The position numbers and the translations under genes are program-made. This document shows, one piece after another, positions 60,151-64,000 of a stretch of 64,000 bases of DNA. The DNA is taken from positions 1 to 64,000 of IMG/VR virus record IMGVR_UViG_3300021371_000007; one strand, given 5' to 3'. The stretch is from a virus. The notes beneath the pieces are model-generated. The model saw nothing but the letters and a program-made list of their open reading frames with translations. It did no database searches and was not told where the DNA came from. Position 1 is the first letter of the stretch; each line of letters begins with the position of its first letter.

Positions 60151-60180
60151 AGTATATAGTATAGAAGGTCTAAGTGTCAA
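60151..60180 (-). promoter_or_regulatory. Sigma70-type promoter for the D5-helicase-primase-pol operon
   Basis: Minus strand TTGACA, 18-nt spacer, TATACT. Confidence 0.65.
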
Positions 60181-60188
60181 TATATAAT

Positions 60189-60509
60189 TTAATTAATCTG
60201 ATACTTATACTCTGCCATCATAAAATATAAGTCATTACTTAACTCTCTAACTAGTCCTGTTTTTGTGTATACACAGGTAAAAGAGTCGGCTATTTCTTCG
60301 TCTTGTCTAAATACATACTCTAAAGCAAAACTAGCATTATATGCTTTTATTAATCCTTCAAACTCTTCTGCAGACTCTACGTCTGGATAAAATCTCTTTA
60401 TTAAATTGGTAAAGTACATTATTTTATCTTCTCCAGACATATTTAAAATATCTTGAAGTACCTTATCAGGTAAATTATGTAAAAATAAAGAACTGTCACT
60501 ATTACTCAT
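60189..60509 (-). CDS. Hypothetical protein
   Basis: GGGGT SD before ATG 60509; the longer start in the ORF track lies inside a terminator. Confidence 0.6.
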   Translation of the reverse strand: MSNSDSSLFLHNLPDKVLQDILNMSGEDKIMYFTNLIKRFYPDVESAEEFEGLIKAYNASFALEYVFRQDEEIADSFTCVYTKTGLVRELSNDLYFMMAEYKYQIN

Positions 60510-60522
60510 TTGATTACCCCAT

Positions 60523-60553
60523 AAAAAAGGGCACGACAATTGCTTGCCGTGCC
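60523..60553 (-). terminator. Intrinsic terminator after D2-like gene
   Basis: Minus strand GGCACGGCAA-gcaa-TTGTCGTGCC then C and T6. Confidence 0.8.
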
Positions 60554-60579
60554 AGTTATTGCAGTTAATATTATAATTC

Positions 60580-61275
60580 TTAGGCTTCTAAAGCTTTTGG
60601 AGTATAATCTGTTGCAGAAATTCCGCGACGAGTTAACACAGTTTTAACACCGCGCTCACTTTTGCCAAATTGATCTGCTAACTCTGCAACACTCATACTG
60701 GTTGCCATATCTTCAATTCCTTCATAGGAATCGCTCTTAGCTGCTTTTTTATCACGCTGAGGTGCTTTAAGCTGCATAGAAAGAAGTTTTCCGCGAACGG
60801 AGTTTACAGATTTGCCAAGGGCTTCTGCAATATCTTCTAAGAAAGCGCCCGAACCCGCCATATCAGAAATCTGAGCTTCTTCCGCCTCTGAATAGGTGCG
60901 TGGAGCTACTTTTTTCTCAGCCGGTTTAATATGAGCTGTCATTTCTAATGAAAGAGCCTTACCGTTAACTTGACGAGAAGTTACGTCACGACCCCACTCA
61001 GCACTAAAGTGAGTTGCAATTTCTTCCGCAGTGTGTACACCGCTATTGCTTTCTAGAAATGATGTTAAAGCGGCTGTTTCGTCTGCATCAAATGCAGGAG
61101 CTGCTTTAGGTTTTGTTGGAACGTCGTAACCAAGTTTACGAAGTTTCGCAGTTACAGAGCGACGTGGAAAGTCAAACTCATCGCAAAGAGCGATAATAGT
61201 ATCTTCCGTAATGCCGCCTGCACATACTTGCTCCATACGAGCAACCATGTCTTCAGTATATTCAAATTTTGCCAT
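60580..61275 (-). CDS. T5 D2-like DNA-binding protein with tandem HTH repeats
   Basis: RSV..KLRK.G..V, QV.GK.LSLEMT...KP.EK, GKSERGVK..L.RRG..A.DY; own promoter and terminator; higher-GC codon usage. Confidence 0.8.
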   Translation of the reverse strand: MAKFEYTEDMVARMEQVCAGGITEDTIIALCDEFDFPRRSVTAKLRKLGYDVPTKPKAAPAFDADETAALTSFLESNSGVHTAEEIATHFSAEWGRDVTSRQVNGKALSLEMTAHIKPAEKKVAPRTYSEAEEAQISDMAGSGAFLEDIAEALGKSVNSVRGKLLSMQLKAPQRDKKAAKSDSYEGIEDMATSMSVAELADQFGKSERGVKTVLTRRGISATDYTPKALEA

Positions 61276-61345
61276 TTTTATTCCCCTCTGGTTTCAAATG
61301 TTTTGTGTTATTAATAAATGTGAAACTTTTTGTTTCGATAAGATG

Positions 61346-61374
61346 ATATTATCAAATATCAGTATACTTAGCAA
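61346..61374 (-). promoter_or_regulatory. Sigma70-type promoter for D2-like gene
   Basis: Minus strand TTGCTA, 17-nt spacer, TAATAT with extended TG. Confidence 0.65.
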
Positions 61375-61449
61375 GAAAAATATGAAAGTGTTTTTGTTTT
61401 TTGGTTGTTATTTTATAAATTGCTAAATTCATATATTTGTAATTTTATC

Positions 61450-61764
61450 TTATATTACTATCTTACCTTTTAAAGCATCAACAAGCAACTCTAAATTTGC
61501 TTTTTTTGTCAGGTTTAGACCTTCTATTTCAATTTCTAACATTTCTTCTATGTCTCTAATCATAGTTTTGACACTACGCTTATCTTCTTTTTCTTCTTCT
61601 GGTTTTCTATATATCTTCATTTGGACTAGTTTACTTATTACACTTCTGTGTCCTTTTTTAAAGTGATCTGCTACGTCATATACGTCTAGCCCTTCATCTA
61701 CATATAATCTTGTTAGAATCTCTTCTTCTTCATCACTCCAGGCTTTATTAGATTTAGTTGCCAT
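61450..61764 (-). CDS. T5 D3-like HTH protein
   Basis: WS.EEE..L...Y ... RSV.SKL....Y; L.K..L..L. Confidence 0.55.
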   Translation of the reverse strand: MATKSNKAWSDEEEEILTRLYVDEGLDVYDVADHFKKGHRSVISKLVQMKIYRKPEEEKEDKRSVKTMIRDIEEMLEIEIEGLNLTKKANLELLVDALKGKIVI

Positions 61765-62048
61765 TAAGATTCTCCTTCATCTTCAAATAATTCTAATTGT
61801 TTACTTTTAATTTTACTTAAATAAGTCTTGGTAAGTATATCTCCCGCCTTATCTAAAAGGTGAGCAGCCATATCTACAAACTCTGGTCTTAGCGCTAGTC
61901 CTTTTTTAGTAGGAAACCAGTTACCTGTATCTCCATCTTTCATATACTCTCTTATATGAATGTACTCTTGCCCTCTAAACTCGTTTATAGTTATTTTTAT
62001 AGCTTTATCTTCTGTTATATATCCTACAAAACCTAAATCAATTTCCAT
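61764..62048 (-). CDS. PC4/p15-like ssDNA-binding transcriptional coactivator
   Basis: EFRG.EY..IR.Y......W.PTKKG. Confidence 0.85.
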   Translation of the reverse strand: MEIDLGFVGYITEDKAIKITINEFRGQEYIHIREYMKDGDTGNWFPTKKGLALRPEFVDMAAHLLDKAGDILTKTYLSKIKSKQLELFEDEGES

Positions 62049-63171
62049 GAACTCTTTTTATCCTTGGATAATCATGTATCTTTTTAAGAGCATGATTATA
62101 CATAATCCCTGCTTCTTCCCAGTTTTTTATCTTACTACTTTTAGGAATAGCACGTTTCTTGCTATCGTATAACATTTTCATTTTGGATATCAAGTCTTGA
62201 ACTTCTGGTTCTAATAACCAAGTATGAGAACCCATTAAGTTAAAGCTATCTCCTGGTTTACCTGCAAAAATGTTATTAATGTCTACGATTTTTTGAGAAG
62301 ACTTTATTTTATAGTCTGTAACAAATTCATCGGTACAGCCTCCTCCAGTAACTAAAGGAATAGTCCCACAAGCTATTGCTTCTTGAACAGGCATTCCAAA
62401 ACCCTCACCCCTATAAGGATGAACTAACACGTCAACACTTCTATATAGATCTGCCATATCTTTTTCGGAATAGGAATCGTCTATATAAGTTATTTTAGCT
62501 AAGTTATTAGTATACTGTAATTTAATTAATTGTTCTTGTAATGATGTTTTTCCATAAACTTGAGGAGTATCTTTTACTATAAGTTCTACATTATCTTCTT
62601 TTTTAAATGTATTAGCCCATGCTTGTAGTAGTATATCAAAACCTTTTCTATACTGGTCGCATCCTACAAATAGAAAAGTGTACTTACTTCTCTTAGAAGT
62701 GTCTCTGTCTACATAAAATATATTTGGATCATACCCTATTGGAATACAAAAAAGCCTTTCTGGGTTAATACCCCCTTCTTGGTACACTGCACCTGTCCAA
62801 CGAGTAAAAGTAATAAGAGCATCAGCAAAAGTTTCAAATTTATACTGCCACTCAAAGGGTACTTTTGTAAATTCCCAAGGTTGTATGTATACTACTTTTG
62901 TATCATTAGAATGAGGCCATCTCCATATAGGAGGATAACTATGTCTTATTTGTATGTCAGGAACTACAGCAGTTTCTTCTTTAGGAAGTAAATTTTGTAA
63001 GCTTTGTAAGGTTTCTTGACTAATCTTAGCCTCTGAAGAAAAACTATCTATAGGAGAAATAACTACATTATTATACTTAGATAATTCAATAGCTAAGTAC
63101 CTATTTACAATAGACAAAGAGTGGTTATCATAAAATTTACCTATAATTTCTAAATTAATATTATTTTGCAT
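62038..63171 (-). CDS. GT-B glycosyltransferase (GT4-like)
   Basis: FLFVG....RKG.D.LL, RGEGFGMP..EA.ACG.....T. Confidence 0.88.
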   Translation of the reverse strand: MQNNINLEIIGKFYDNHSLSIVNRYLAIELSKYNNVVISPIDSFSSEAKISQETLQSLQNLLPKEETAVVPDIQIRHSYPPIWRWPHSNDTKVVYIQPWEFTKVPFEWQYKFETFADALITFTRWTGAVYQEGGINPERLFCIPIGYDPNIFYVDRDTSKRSKYTFLFVGCDQYRKGFDILLQAWANTFKKEDNVELIVKDTPQVYGKTSLQEQLIKLQYTNNLAKITYIDDSYSEKDMADLYRSVDVLVHPYRGEGFGMPVQEAIACGTIPLVTGGGCTDEFVTDYKIKSSQKIVDINNIFAGKPGDSFNLMGSHTWLLEPEVQDLISKMKMLYDSKKRAIPKSSKIKNWEEAGIMYNHALKKIHDYPRIKRVHGN

Positions 63172-63988
63172 ACATAATCACCGCTTGCTCTTTACAATAT
63201 TCTAATAAATCTTTTTCTTTAATTTTTAATAAAGATTCCCATTGAGGGCCCATATTACTAGTTTTAAAGTTTTTTAATTGTGTGTAGTTGTTAATATCTA
63301 CTTTAGCTTGTATATCATAAAACGGGTCTTGCTTACTTTCAATACTGTGTCCAAAGTTATTAATTTTTAAATCTAACTCGTCTTCTGGTCTGCAGAAACT
63401 CCAATGCAATATTGCCAAAGGAGATTGAATTCTTTTTTGATTATTAGTCCATCTACAATAATTAAAGGTATTATGTTTTAAAGTAGTAAAACCTTGAACT
63501 TCATTATTAGGAATACTTTTTCTATCTTCTTTAGATATCACTAGTATTTCACCGTCTCCAACTCTTTTATAAGGTAAAACCCAATAAAACATTAAATCTA
63601 CATCATAATTCTCTACTATAGGACAAAACTTATTAAAAAAGTCATCTGCATTTATTAGTATTTCATCAGCATCAAAAGAAAAAATCCAGTCATTAGAGCA
63701 TTGCTCTTTTAAAAAGTTTCTTTCATAGTTATCATTTTCAATAGGCACAGCACTCCTATGAAAATTTCCTTCTACTACTTCTATCTTATTGTCACCATCA
63801 ATATTACTTAGCTCTTTCCACAATTTATCTTCGTCAAAAGAAAACTTATTACGGCTCCAAGATATTCTATCTCTGTCTAAGCCTAATACTATTTCATCTA
63901 CATAATTGTAATAACTTTTTATAGAATTTACTAAATAACTAGCATCATAAGATATTAGACTAATTACACTTTTTTTACGCATTTTCAA
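63161..63988 (-). CDS. GT-A glycosyltransferase (GT2-like)
   Basis: S....VDEI, RN......DWI...DADE, H.S. Confidence 0.75.
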   Translation of the reverse strand: MKMRKKSVISLISYDASYLVNSIKSYYNYVDEIVLGLDRDRISWSRNKFSFDEDKLWKELSNIDGDNKIEVVEGNFHRSAVPIENDNYERNFLKEQCSNDWIFSFDADEILINADDFFNKFCPIVENYDVDLMFYWVLPYKRVGDGEILVISKEDRKSIPNNEVQGFTTLKHNTFNYCRWTNNQKRIQSPLAILHWSFCRPEDELDLKINNFGHSIESKQDPFYDIQAKVDINNYTQLKNFKTSNMGPQWESLLKIKEKDLLEYCKEQAVIMYAK

Positions 63989-64000
63989 CTACTCTATCTA

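Noticed and set aside
1-64000. Stop-codon reassignment, introns or inteins
   Set aside because: Genes are full length in the standard code with TAA, TAG and TGA all used as stops; pol, nrdA, nrdB, helicases and terL are uninterrupted and of normal size

Overview
This window is an AT-rich segment of a large lytic siphovirus genome with T5-like (Demerecviridae-like) organisation. The GroES and DUF1127/DUF3563 genes suggest a marine alphaproteobacterial host, probably Rhodobacteraceae (inference). The + strand (1-39861) is the virion module: FG-GAP adhesin, TerL, T5-type nicking endonuclease, portal, a protease-capsid fusion ORF, neck and tail genes, a frameshifted tail chaperone, a 4420-aa tape measure protein, a lambda-type M-L-K-I-J tail tip, spanins and small membrane proteins. 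The - strand (40054-63988) is a T5-type replication module (D2, D3, D5, helicase, primase, PolA, D10-D15) plus nrdAB, thyX, groES, a glutaredoxin and tRNA-Thr. The most unusual elements are: (i) a self-contained operon of five host-like small proteins under a promoter with a LysR-type operator; (ii) a two-hairpin kissing-loop/anti-SD RNA between the tail tube and chaperone genes; (iii) the giant modular tape measure protein; (iv) three glycosyltransferases and a sulfotransferase embedded in the replication operon; (v) a protease-capsid fusion with an internal start; (vi) a lectin domain inserted in the head-tail adaptor. All family assignments come from motif recognition by eye; no searches were run.
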